The notes beneath the pieces were generated by a model. The model saw only the letters and a list, made by a program, of their open reading frames with translations, was not told the DNA's origin and searched no databases. From positions 950 to 64,949 of the forward strand of contig JBHOTF010000009.1 in the NCBI GenBank assembly GCA_042584005.1: a stretch of DNA of 64,000 nucleotides, read 5' to 3'. The DNA is from Bacteroidota bacterium (GTDB lineage Bacteria; Bacteroidota; Bacteroidia; Bacteroidales; JBHOTF01). Of the stretch, positions 55,385-64,000 are shown in pieces. The first letter of the stretch is position 1. Each line of letters opens with the position of its first letter. Position numbers and translations under genes: made by a program.

Positions 55385-56254
55385 ATGAGGAGCGGATTAA
55401 AACAAAGGTTTCTGCCTGCAGATTTAATAACTGCGATTTATATTATTTTAACAGCTTTGCCAATTCTTATTTTTTTTAATCGACTGGAAGACCAGTTCTT
55501 GCATCTTGTTTTACGCTTGCTTATTCTTATAGGAATATATTTCATTTCCGGATTATCTTTACAAAAACCTCTGTTTAAGTTTATAAGATATTTTTATCCA
55601 TTATTATTAATCGGTTTCTTTTATTCGGAAACAGATTATTTAAATAATATATTTTTTAACGATCTGGATTCATTTTTTGAAAAGCTTGACTTCGTGATTT
55701 TTGGGAATCAGCCAAGTATTACATTCTCAGCCAAATATTCTCAATTATGGATATCTGAGCTAATGTATATGGGGTATTTCTCTTATTACTTAATGATAAT
55801 AGGAGTTCCTCTTGCAGTTTATTTTTCCAAACCTGAAAAAACCGAACAAACAATATTTATTATAATATGTTCCTTCCTGATATATTATCTGATTTTTATT
55901 ATTGTTCCTGCCGGAGGACCACAGTTCTATTTTGATGCAATACAGTCGAAACCTCCTGAAGCACTGTTTTTTCATAAGGCAGTAGAATTTATGCAAAGAA
56001 TGGGTGAAGGTGAAACGGGTGCTTTTCCAAGCTCTCATGTTGGACTGGCTTTAGTATTTTTATATCTGGCATTCAAAAATCTAAAATGGCTTTTTTACCT
56101 GCTTCTTCCTTTAGTAATATTTTTATGTATGGCGACAGTATATATTAAGGCCCATTATTTTGTCGATATTATTGGAGGAATAATAACAGCGCCATTGTTT
56201 GTTTGGATAAGTATTAAACTTTTCAAAATAATTAATGCCAAAAGAATATTATAA
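55385..56254 (+). CDS. PAP2-superfamily polytopic membrane protein of the lipid phosphotransferase (IPC/sphingomyelin-synthase-like) type
   Basis: 289 aa with about 6-7 TM helices. C2-like FPSSHV and C3-like AHYFVDIIGG motifs are present, but there is no C1 KxxxxxxRP motif. Confidence 0.55.
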   Translation: MRSGLKQRFLPADLITAIYIILTALPILIFFNRLEDQFLHLVLRLLILIGIYFISGLSLQKPLFKFIRYFYPLLLIGFFYSETDYLNNIFFNDLDSFFEKLDFVIFGNQPSITFSAKYSQLWISELMYMGYFSYYLMIIGVPLAVYFSKPEKTEQTIFIIICSFLIYYLIFIIVPAGGPQFYFDAIQSKPPEALFFHKAVEFMQRMGEGETGAFPSSHVGLALVFLYLAFKNLKWLFYLLLPLVIFLCMATVYIKAHYFVDIIGGIITAPLFVWISIKLFKIINAKRIL

Positions 56255-56997
56255 TGTCAATTAACCAGATATTCAGCATAATAACTATTATTCTGTCCAT
56301 TATTTTACTGGTTTATCTTTTTATTGAAAAAAAACAAAATACAAGCGCAAAAATTATTATAATTCTGTTTTTAACATCCATTATTATTCATACTCTTTTT
56401 AATTCACAAATTTTTCAATTCAGTGATTTTTCAGAGGTTCTAATAGGTTTTTTTGTAAATCCCCTTATATTGGTTTTTGCTCCACTATTATATCTTTATT
56501 TCAGATGGATTATTTTTCCTGAGCATTACTTTGGGACAAAAGATTTGAAATTGCTAACTCCTTTTTTCCTGGTATTACTTGTCAACGTCCTTTTCTTCAC
56601 ATATTTTGCTGTTGATAATGTAAATGTATTTACCGAGAAACAAGGTATTGGTACAGTATCAAATTATGAATTTTTTTCCTCCAAAATCATTTCTTTTGCA
56701 ACAATACTTTTCCTTTTTCAATTTCTGCTATATAGTATAATAATGATATTTCTTTTGATACTAAAAGGGAAGAAACGCCAGTTTGTTACTCAAAAAACTA
56801 AAAAACGTTTTATTTCATTAGCATGGTTATTTATTAGTTTTTTTGTACTTTTCTCTACTTATAGTTTTTTATCATTTATAAAGGTTGATAATGAATCTAT
56901 ATCAATATCAGGACTTTTTATTAATTTTATAACTATCGTATTTATAGGGATAGTCGTTCTTCAATTCAGATCAATAAATGAAAGCAATAATAATTAA
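56254..56997 (+). CDS. Hypothetical polytopic membrane protein (about 7 TM)
   Basis: 247 aa. Its ATG overlaps the upstream stop (TAATG). No catalytic motifs recognised. It resembles the membrane module found N-terminal to some Bacteroidota AraC-type regulators but has no HTH. Confidence 0.5.
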   Translation: MSINQIFSIITIILSIILLVYLFIEKKQNTSAKIIIILFLTSIIIHTLFNSQIFQFSDFSEVLIGFFVNPLILVFAPLLYLYFRWIIFPEHYFGTKDLKLLTPFFLVLLVNVLFFTYFAVDNVNVFTEKQGIGTVSNYEFFSSKIISFATILFLFQFLLYSIIMIFLLILKGKKRQFVTQKTKKRFISLAWLFISFFVLFSTYSFLSFIKVDNESISISGLFINFITIVFIGIVVLQFRSINESNNN

Positions 56998-59746
56998 ATT
57001 AATATTTGTATTTCTTATATGTTCTTCATCCTATCAAATATATTCACAAAAGAATATAGATGTAAAATTAAGTCATGATAACGGACTTAATGTCAAGGAA
57101 ATAGTTGTCAATGATAATTCAAATTATTATCCGGAAGGAATCTCTTTCTTTTCGTTCTTAATGAATGAAAAACTTTATTTTTCTCATGAGGCTAAAAGTT
57201 TTAAGACTTATGAAAACTATAATATCTTTTTTGATAATGGGATAAAGGCATTTATTAGCCCTGATAATAGTTTTGATAAATGTTATAAATACAATATAAA
57301 ATTTACCAATACATCAAACGACACAATTGACATTGCAAACCTGGTTCCTATGGGGCAGGATACTGAGAGAACTTATATTACAGCTTCAGGCCCCTGGTCA
57401 CTTTCAAGAAGTAAAATTTGGAGGCCAGGGCACGGACCTGTAGGATGTGTGCTTCCTGATAATGCATGGGAACTTGGATATTCTGACCTTGATCTTGAAT
57501 CGGGGACATCAATTTGTGCTCTTGCAAGGCGACAAAATTCATCGAATGCTGCACGCGGAAGGTGGAAAACATCCTTATTCCCTGGTGGAGAGGTAAATTA
57601 TTCTGTTTATTTCCAGATGTATGAAGGAGACTGGCAGAACGGACTGAAAATAATGTTTAGGGATAACTTTTTATTCGACCTGAAAGAGTTTGATAATAAG
57701 CTGTTTGAACGGGAAGACCTAAAATGGATCAGATCTAAATATATGATGGTTCTTCAGGCTGCCTGGGACCATAAATATTATGACAAAAACGATGGAAAAT
57801 ATCATTATAAAGAATTTCTCGAAGAAGGGAAAAGACTTTTAGGGGGATACGATGTATTTTGTATATGGCCTACCTGGCCGCGCCTTGGACTGGATCAGAG
57901 AAACCAATGGGATCTGTATGCCGATTTGCCGGGAGGGCTTAATAAAATGAAAGATCTGGCAAATTATGGACAAAAAGAGGGAACTGCTTTTTTTATTTCA
58001 TATAACCCCTGGGATCAAAGTACAAGAAAGGAAAATATTTATTCCGGCATGAAACGATTGCTTGAAGCTACTGATGCCGATGGAGTGGTTCTTGATACAC
58101 AAGGCGCCTCAAATGATACTCTTCAAATAACTGCTGATGCCGTTAAAAAAGGGATAATTATGTATAGTGAAGGGATGGCTGTTCCGAAAGATATGCCGGG
58201 TATTGTTTCAGGGCGGGTCCATGACGCAATTTTTATGCCTCCGCCTCTAAATATGAATAAATATATAAAACCTGATTTTGCTATTTTTCGTGTATGCCAG
58301 CTAAATGAAGGGAGATTGCACCGTGAATCTGCTGTTTCTTTTTTTAATGGCATAGGTACTGAAATAAATACATTCAGACCGGGACGGCAGTCATGGATGG
58401 AGGAAGAATACCGTTATTTGGGAAATACTCTTATGATATTAAGAGAAAATACAGAAAATTTTAATGCACTCGACTGGAAACCACTGATACCCACACTGGC
58501 TGATAGTATATGGGTGAACAAATGGCCAGGTGAGAACAAAACTATCTATACCGTTTTTTCCTTAATACCAGAAGGATACGATGCTCCATTGTTTGAAACA
58601 AAAGAAGCTGAAGGAAAACATTTTGTTAGCATATGGAACCATGAAGAGATAAAACCTGTTGAGATTAATGGCAAAAAATATTTACCGGCACAGGTGGAGG
58701 CATTTAACCGAAGCTGGTTAAATACTCGTAGGGAAGGAAATATTGACTGTATTGCAGAATTTCCTGAATTAATAAAATGCGAAATTCTAATCGACAGATT
58801 AAGCATTGATGCTGTTACCGGCGATGAATTCAGAATATGGGCAGGAAAACCATCCTATGAAAATTCGTATAGAAAGTTTGCTGTTGAAAAAATTAATCTC
58901 AATCTCAGAGAGTTGTTCGGCAGGTATGAAGGAAAATTTGTTATTCAGCTGTTTGCTGATAATGAATTAATTGACGAAAGAGTTGTTGAAGTCATAGCAT
59001 CAACTTCCCGCTTAATATCTGTTTTAAAAAGAACGGAACCGGCTAAGAAACCTCCTGAAGGAATGGTTGCCATTCCCGGTGGAAACATAATATATAACCC
59101 GATAAATAATGATGCCTTTATTCCATATCCGCTTTATAATAAAAATAATAAAATTGAAATCAGGGAGTTTTATATGGATATTTTTCCTGTGACAAATGAA
59201 GAGTATTACAAATTTATTAATGATTCAGGTTATTTACCAGGAGATACAAGCAATTACCTTAAGAACTGGCAAGAGGGAAAATATCAAAAAACAATGGCAG
59301 ATTTTCCTGTTACATGGATTAGCTATAAAGATGCTAAAGAATATGCTAAATGGGCAGGGAAAAGGCTTCCAACTGATGCAGAGTGGCAGCATGCTGCTCA
59401 GGCCGGCGATAACAGGATTTGGCCATGGGGAAATGAATTTGATGCCTCAAAATGCAATAATGCTTCTATGTTATTATCTTCAGTCAAAAACTTCCCGGAA
59501 GGAAAGAACCCTTACGGTTTAATGGATCTTGTAGGAAATGTATGGCAGATGACGGGTGATGAATATGACAATGGAGCTTATTATTTTACTCTGATTCGGG
59601 GAGGAAGTTATTATAATCCAACATCAAGCTGGTGGTATGTGAAAGGCGGCCCACAACAGCTTAATAAAAACCAGATGTTATTGTTGGTAGGACCTGGCTT
59701 TGACAGAAATGCCACAACAGGTTTCAGATGTGTAAAAGACAAATAA
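56978..59746 (+). CDS. Large secreted protein with a C-terminal formylglycine-generating-enzyme (SUMF1/FGE-sulfatase) fold domain
   Basis: 922 aa with a signal peptide (LIFVFLICSSSYQIYSQ). The C-terminal ~230 aa carry FGE-fold hallmarks (FYMDIFPVTNEEY, RLPTDAEWQHAA, WPWGN, GLMDLVGNVWQM, RGGSY, GFRCVKD). The N-terminal ~690 aa are unassigned; the central part looks like a TIM barrel. Confidence 0.7.
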   Translation: MKAIIIKLIFVFLICSSSYQIYSQKNIDVKLSHDNGLNVKEIVVNDNSNYYPEGISFFSFLMNEKLYFSHEAKSFKTYENYNIFFDNGIKAFISPDNSFDKCYKYNIKFTNTSNDTIDIANLVPMGQDTERTYITASGPWSLSRSKIWRPGHGPVGCVLPDNAWELGYSDLDLESGTSICALARRQNSSNAARGRWKTSLFPGGEVNYSVYFQMYEGDWQNGLKIMFRDNFLFDLKEFDNKLFEREDLKWIRSKYMMVLQAAWDHKYYDKNDGKYHYKEFLEEGKRLLGGYDVFCIWPTWPRLGLDQRNQWDLYADLPGGLNKMKDLANYGQKEGTAFFISYNPWDQSTRKENIYSGMKRLLEATDADGVVLDTQGASNDTLQITADAVKKGIIMYSEGMAVPKDMPGIVSGRVHDAIFMPPPLNMNKYIKPDFAIFRVCQLNEGRLHRESAVSFFNGIGTEINTFRPGRQSWMEEEYRYLGNTLMILRENTENFNALDWKPLIPTLADSIWVNKWPGENKTIYTVFSLIPEGYDAPLFETKEAEGKHFVSIWNHEEIKPVEINGKKYLPAQVEAFNRSWLNTRREGNIDCIAEFPELIKCEILIDRLSIDAVTGDEFRIWAGKPSYENSYRKFAVEKINLNLRELFGRYEGKFVIQLFADNELIDERVVEVIASTSRLISVLKRTEPAKKPPEGMVAIPGGNIIYNPINNDAFIPYPLYNKNNKIEIREFYMDIFPVTNEEYYKFINDSGYLPGDTSNYLKNWQEGKYQKTMADFPVTWISYKDAKEYAKWAGKRLPTDAEWQHAAQAGDNRIWPWGNEFDASKCNNASMLLSSVKNFPEGKNPYGLMDLVGNVWQMTGDEYDNGAYYFTLIRGGSYYNPTSSWWYVKGGPQQLNKNQMLLLVGPGFDRNATTGFRCVKDK

Positions 59747-59780
59747 TGAAAATTCATATAACTCAATTAAAATATATATA

Positions 59781-61898
59781 ATGAAAAAATATCTAATAAT
59801 AAATCTTATGCTAATTGTATTATTTGCTTCCTGTTCAACAACTGAAAAAAGAGAACTTGATAAAAACAATCCGTTTTTTAGTGAATTTAAAACTACTTTC
59901 AAAGTTCCTCCTTTCGAACAAATTAAGCTGGAACATTATATGCCTGCATATAAAGAGGCTATGCTTCAGCAAAACGAGGAAATTGATAAAATTGTAAATT
60001 CAAAAAGAAAAGCAAAATTTAAAAATACTATCGAAGCGCTTGATGATAGTGGAGTATTACTTTCTGAGGTTTCTAGCATTTTTGATAACATGACCTCACA
60101 GAATACAAGTGATGAACTTCAGGAACTTGCTAAAGAATTAGCCCCACTATTATCAAAACATTTCGATGATATCAACCTTAATCCCAAATTATTTGAGCGT
60201 GTAAAAGCTGTTTATGAAGAAAGAGATAAACTAAATCTGAATACTGAACAAGAAACATTATTAAAAGAATATTATACAGATTTTGTAAGAGGTGGAGCAA
60301 ATCTGAATGAAGAAGAACAAGCCAGGTTTAGAAAAATTAATGGTGAATTGTCTGTTCTAACCATTGAATATGGCGATAACATATTGAAGCAAGACAATAA
60401 TTACATGATGGTTATTGACAAAAAAAATGATTTGGTAGGTTTGCCTGAGGCTGTTATTATTGGGGCTGCTGAGACAGCCAGTTCAAAAGAACTGGATGGG
60501 AAATGGGTATTTACTTTGCAGAAAACAAGTTTTATTCCATTTCTTCAATATTCAGAAAATCGTGCTCTGAGAGAGAAAGTATACAAAGCATTTATTAACA
60601 GGGGGAACAATGATGATGAAATTGACAATAAAGCCAATGCAGCAAAAATTGCAAATCTGAGAGTTGAAAGAGCAAAATTGCTTGGTTATGCAACTCATGC
60701 TGATTTTGTGCTGGAGAAAAATATGGCCAAAGAACCTGCAAATGTTTATAAACTTCTTAACCAATTATGGAAACCTGCATTAAGGGTGGCAAAAAATGAG
60801 CTAAAAGAAATGCAGACAATTATAAATGCTGAAGATGGTAATTTTAAACTTCAGGCCTGGGATTGGTGGTATTATGCAGAAAAACTTAAAAAAGCCAAAT
60901 ACGATCTGGATGATGAGCAGATAAGACCTTATCTAAAAATGGAAAATGTATTGGATGGTGCTTTTATGGTAGCTAATAAATTATACGGACTGAAATTTAT
61001 TGAAAGAGTAGATCTTCCTAAGTATCATGAAGATGTAAGAGTATTTGAGGTGCTTGAAGCTGATAATTCTCATTTAGCTGTATTGTACACCGATTTTTAT
61101 CCACGGGCTGGTACCAAAGGAGCCGGTGCATGGATGAGCTCTTACAGGAAACAATCAAAAATTGGCGGAAAAGATGTATATCCGGTAATAACTATTAATG
61201 GTAATTTTTCAAAACCTACAGGCGACAAACCTTCTCTAATGACTTTTGGGGAGGTCTCTACACTATTTCATGAGTTTGGACATGGTTTGCACGGAATGCT
61301 TTCTGATTGCAGATATTCAAGTTTATCAGGCACTTCCGTTCCCAGAGATTTTGTTGAATTACCATCACAGATAATGGAGCACTGGGCTGGTGAACCTGAG
61401 GTTCTGAAAATGTATGCAAAACATTATGAAACAGGTGAAGTTATTCCTGATGAGTTGATAGAAAAACTTAAGAATGCCGGGCATTTTAACCAGGGATTTA
61501 TTACAACAGAGTTTCTTGCAGCCTCATTTCTTGATATGAACTGGCATACATTAGAAGATACTGTAGAAATAAATACAGCAGATTTTGAAAAAGAATCATT
61601 ATCAGCAATCAACCTGATTCCTGAAATCGCTGCCAGATATCGAAGTACATATTTCACACATATATTTAGTGGCGGATATTCTTCAGGTTATTATAGCTAT
61701 ATATGGGCTGAGGTTCTTGACTCTGATGCTTTTATGGCATTTAAGGAAACAGATCTTTTTGATAAAGACAAAGCACTTTCATTCAGAAAAAATATTCTTG
61801 AAAAAGGTGGTACTGAAGACCCAATGACACTCTTTATTCGTTTCAGAGGTGCGGAACCAAAGATTGATGCATTGCTCGAAAACAGAGGGTTGAAATAA
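59781..61898 (+). CDS. dcp: M3-family peptidyl-dipeptidase (Dcp-like), lipoprotein
   Basis: 705 aa. Lipobox (LFASC), the HEFGHGLHG zinc motif and a downstream E ligand. Overall M3A length. Confidence 0.9.
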   Translation: MKKYLIINLMLIVLFASCSTTEKRELDKNNPFFSEFKTTFKVPPFEQIKLEHYMPAYKEAMLQQNEEIDKIVNSKRKAKFKNTIEALDDSGVLLSEVSSIFDNMTSQNTSDELQELAKELAPLLSKHFDDINLNPKLFERVKAVYEERDKLNLNTEQETLLKEYYTDFVRGGANLNEEEQARFRKINGELSVLTIEYGDNILKQDNNYMMVIDKKNDLVGLPEAVIIGAAETASSKELDGKWVFTLQKTSFIPFLQYSENRALREKVYKAFINRGNNDDEIDNKANAAKIANLRVERAKLLGYATHADFVLEKNMAKEPANVYKLLNQLWKPALRVAKNELKEMQTIINAEDGNFKLQAWDWWYYAEKLKKAKYDLDDEQIRPYLKMENVLDGAFMVANKLYGLKFIERVDLPKYHEDVRVFEVLEADNSHLAVLYTDFYPRAGTKGAGAWMSSYRKQSKIGGKDVYPVITINGNFSKPTGDKPSLMTFGEVSTLFHEFGHGLHGMLSDCRYSSLSGTSVPRDFVELPSQIMEHWAGEPEVLKMYAKHYETGEVIPDELIEKLKNAGHFNQGFITTEFLAASFLDMNWHTLEDTVEINTADFEKESLSAINLIPEIAARYRSTYFTHIFSGGYSSGYYSYIWAEVLDSDAFMAFKETDLFDKDKALSFRKNILEKGGTEDPMTLFIRFRGAEPKIDALLENRGLK

Positions 61899-61947
61899 TT
61901 AAAAATTAAAAATTAAAAATTAAAAATTATCAATTATCAATTTTCAA
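61899..61947. repeat. Heptad array (TTAAAAA)x4 (TTATCAA)x2 (TTTTCAA)x1 that makes up the entire convergent spacer
   Basis: Read directly. The 49-nt spacer between the dcp stop (61896-61898) and the S9 peptidase stop (61948-61950) is exactly 7 x 7 nt. Confidence 0.9.
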
Positions 61948-64000
61948 TTAATTTCCGCCGGGAGGAAGATTTTCCATTAAATACCTTGTGAGCATTTGCC
62001 GGAGGTGCATGGTGGTTCCCGGACCTTCGTAAATGCCATGTGACCTGTTGGGATATGCAAACATTGTAAAATACTTATTATGTTTAACAAGTTCATTAAT
62101 AAGAAGTTCAGAGCCCTGGTAATGTACATTGTCATCACCGGTGCCATGAACAAGCAATAAATTACCTTTGAGATTTTTAGCATATGTAATAGGTGAGCCT
62201 TCAATATATGTATCGTAATCATCAACAGGTGATCCCATGTACCTTTCCTGGTAAACATTATCATATAATAACTGCAGTGGTACGGGTGCAATTGACATTC
62301 CCGTATGATATATTTCCGGGTGCCTGAACAACATATTAAGAGTTATTGATCCTCCTCCGCTCCAGCCATAAACACCAATACGGTTTTTATCGACAAAGGG
62401 CCATTTATTAATTTCCATTGCTGCTTTGGCCTGCTCAGCTGAACTTAAAATACCCACTTTTTTATAAATACACTTTCTCCACTCTCTTCCCCTTGGTGCT
62501 GGAGTACCGCGGTTATCAATACTAATGACAATATAGCCTTTCTGAGCCAGCATTAGATTATATAATCCACCTGTTCCCCATCTGTCATTTACTGTTGTTG
62601 ATGCTGGTTCGCTATACAAATTATATACAACAGGATATTTTTTATTCTTATCAAAATTGTATGGTTTCATCATCCATGCATCCAGTTCAATTCCATCACC
62701 AATATCAATTCTAAGAAATTCTATAGGAAGCTGTTTTAATCTTGATATTTTTTCAGCATAACTTTTATTATTAACCAGATATCGTTCAACCTTATGATTG
62801 GGTAATGTGATGAGATTTATTACAGGTGGTGTATTTGCATTTGAAAATGTATGAAATGCCCATTTAGGATCTGGTGAAATATTATATGAGTGGGTTCCTG
62901 ACTGATCAGCCGGTGAAAGTCTTTCAGCTTTTCCTTTACCATCCATTTTCACTCTGTATAAATATCTCTGTGTTGCATTGTCGGGTGAGGCAATAAAATA
63001 CAAATAGTTGCTTTTCTCATTGATATTCAGAATATTAATCACATCATATTCCCCCGGTGTTAAAGGCTGAAGATTTTTACCATCCCTGCTAACAAGGTAA
63101 ACCTGCCTCCATCCTTCTCTTTCAGAAACCCAGGTGAAACTTTTTCCATCATCCATCCATTTCAAATCATCGACCACATCAATCCATGCTTCATCTTTTT
63201 CAATCAAAATTGTTTTAGTTACACCTGTGTCTTTATTTGCCAGCAAGAGAGTAATAGTATTTTGAAGTCTGTTAAGCTGGTGAATAAGTAATTCCTCTGA
63301 ACTTGCAGCCCATTCCATTCTGGGCAGGTAATTATTTCTTGGATCTCCATCAATTTTCATCCAGTTTATATTCCCTCCTGTTACTGAAACAACTCCTATC
63401 CTGGCGGCAGAATTTGACTTACCTACCTTAGGATATTGGACAGGGATGATAAATGGATACAATGAATCAGTATTGTTTATCATATAAAAATCACGAATAC
63501 CGGTTGCATCTAACTGCCAGAATGCAATATTCTTGCTGTCAGGGCTCCAGCGAAAACCATCCCTGCAGCCGAATTCTTCTTCATAAACCCAATCGAATGT
63601 CCCATTAATTGTGGTAACCGATCCGTCATTTGTTAATGCAACTATCTTCCCTGATTCCAGATTCTCAACATATATGTTGTGCTCGCTCACATATCCTGCT
63701 TTTTTACTATCAGGTGAAAACTTACAAAACATTAATGAGGAAACAGGAGCTTTCCCTCCGAGTTTTTTCAATTCCCCTGATGATAGATTAAGAAACCAAT
63801 AATCACCTTTGGTATTCCTGCGCCATACTCTTTTAGTATTGGTGAATATCATAAGGTAATTTCTATCTGATGACCATATATAATTACTAATTGATAATGG
63901 CCTTGTTTCCCCTTCAGGAATTAATAATGATGATGTTAATATTATTTCTTTTTCTCCTGATTTTGTATCATATCTAACAATATCCATACCTCCCCAAACA
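61948..64000 (-). CDS. S9B dipeptidyl-peptidase IV family serine peptidase (N-terminus lies beyond the window end)
   Basis: The reading frame stays open upstream of the track Met (..VWGGMDIVRYD). Beta-propeller region, then catalytic GWSGGG (Ser), DDNVH (Asp) and NRSHG (His). Confidence 0.85.
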   Translation of the reverse strand, partial: VWGGMDIVRYDTKSGEKEIILTSSLLIPEGETRPLSISNYIWSSDRNYLMIFTNTKRVWRRNTKGDYWFLNLSSGELKKLGGKAPVSSLMFCKFSPDSKKAGYVSEHNIYVENLESGKIVALTNDGSVTTINGTFDWVYEEEFGCRDGFRWSPDSKNIAFWQLDATGIRDFYMINNTDSLYPFIIPVQYPKVGKSNSAARIGVVSVTGGNINWMKIDGDPRNNYLPRMEWAASSEELLIHQLNRLQNTITLLLANKDTGVTKTILIEKDEAWIDVVDDLKWMDDGKSFTWVSEREGWRQVYLVSRDGKNLQPLTPGEYDVINILNINEKSNYLYFIASPDNATQRYLYRVKMDGKGKAERLSPADQSGTHSYNISPDPKWAFHTFSNANTPPVINLITLPNHKVERYLVNNKSYAEKISRLKQLPIEFLRIDIGDGIELDAWMMKPYNFDKNKKYPVVYNLYSEPASTTVNDRWGTGGLYNLMLAQKGYIVISIDNRGTPAPRGREWRKCIYKKVGILSSAEQAKAAMEINKWPFVDKNRIGVYGWSGGGSITLNMLFRHPEIYHTGMSIAPVPLQLLYDNVYQERYMGSPVDDYDTYIEGSPITYAKNLKGNLLLVHGTGDDNVHYQGSELLINELVKHNKYFTMFAYPNRSHGIYEGPGTTMHLRQMLTRYLMENLPPGGN

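Overview
AT-rich chromosomal segment whose gene content and synteny are typical of Bacteroidota: bamD-rpoZ-coaBC-DUF4835-recN, nusB-DUF1573-yajC-ybbR-coaE and ftsK-lolA. Coding density is very high, with about 50 supported CDS, and two convergent gene pairs share overlapping stop codons. There is one tRNA-Pro(GGG). I found no rRNA, CRISPR array, transposase, integrase or phage genes. Most genes are housekeeping or central and anaerobic metabolism: sugar/polyol enzymes, hutI-ftcD, arcC-argF, peptidases, purC, phoH and mazG. Five things deserve a second look. (1) A soluble three-gene NuoE/NuoF/NuoG-GltD-fusion operon (35461-41545) looks like a HydABC/Bfu-family electron-bifurcating NAD(P)H/ferredoxin oxidoreductase. 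(2) A tight five-gene operon (52987-59746) encodes an Spt-like alpha-oxoamine synthase, a two-lobed GNAT, an IPC/SM-synthase-like PAP2 protein, a polytopic membrane protein and a large secreted protein with an FGE-sulfatase domain. This is a candidate compact sphingolipid-type lipid pathway. (3) Perfect 7-8 nt tandem repeats occur only in intergenic spacers. They include a 214-bp phase-locked array that fills a whole convergent spacer, and a 49-bp spacer made of exactly seven heptads. (4) A 34-bp imperfect inverted repeat plus an 11-bp direct repeat bracket a single MFS transporter gene. (5) A 17-18 nt duplication of the tRNA-Pro 3' end bounds a 176-bp structured segment. All functional calls rest on motif and family recognition by eye; no database search was run.
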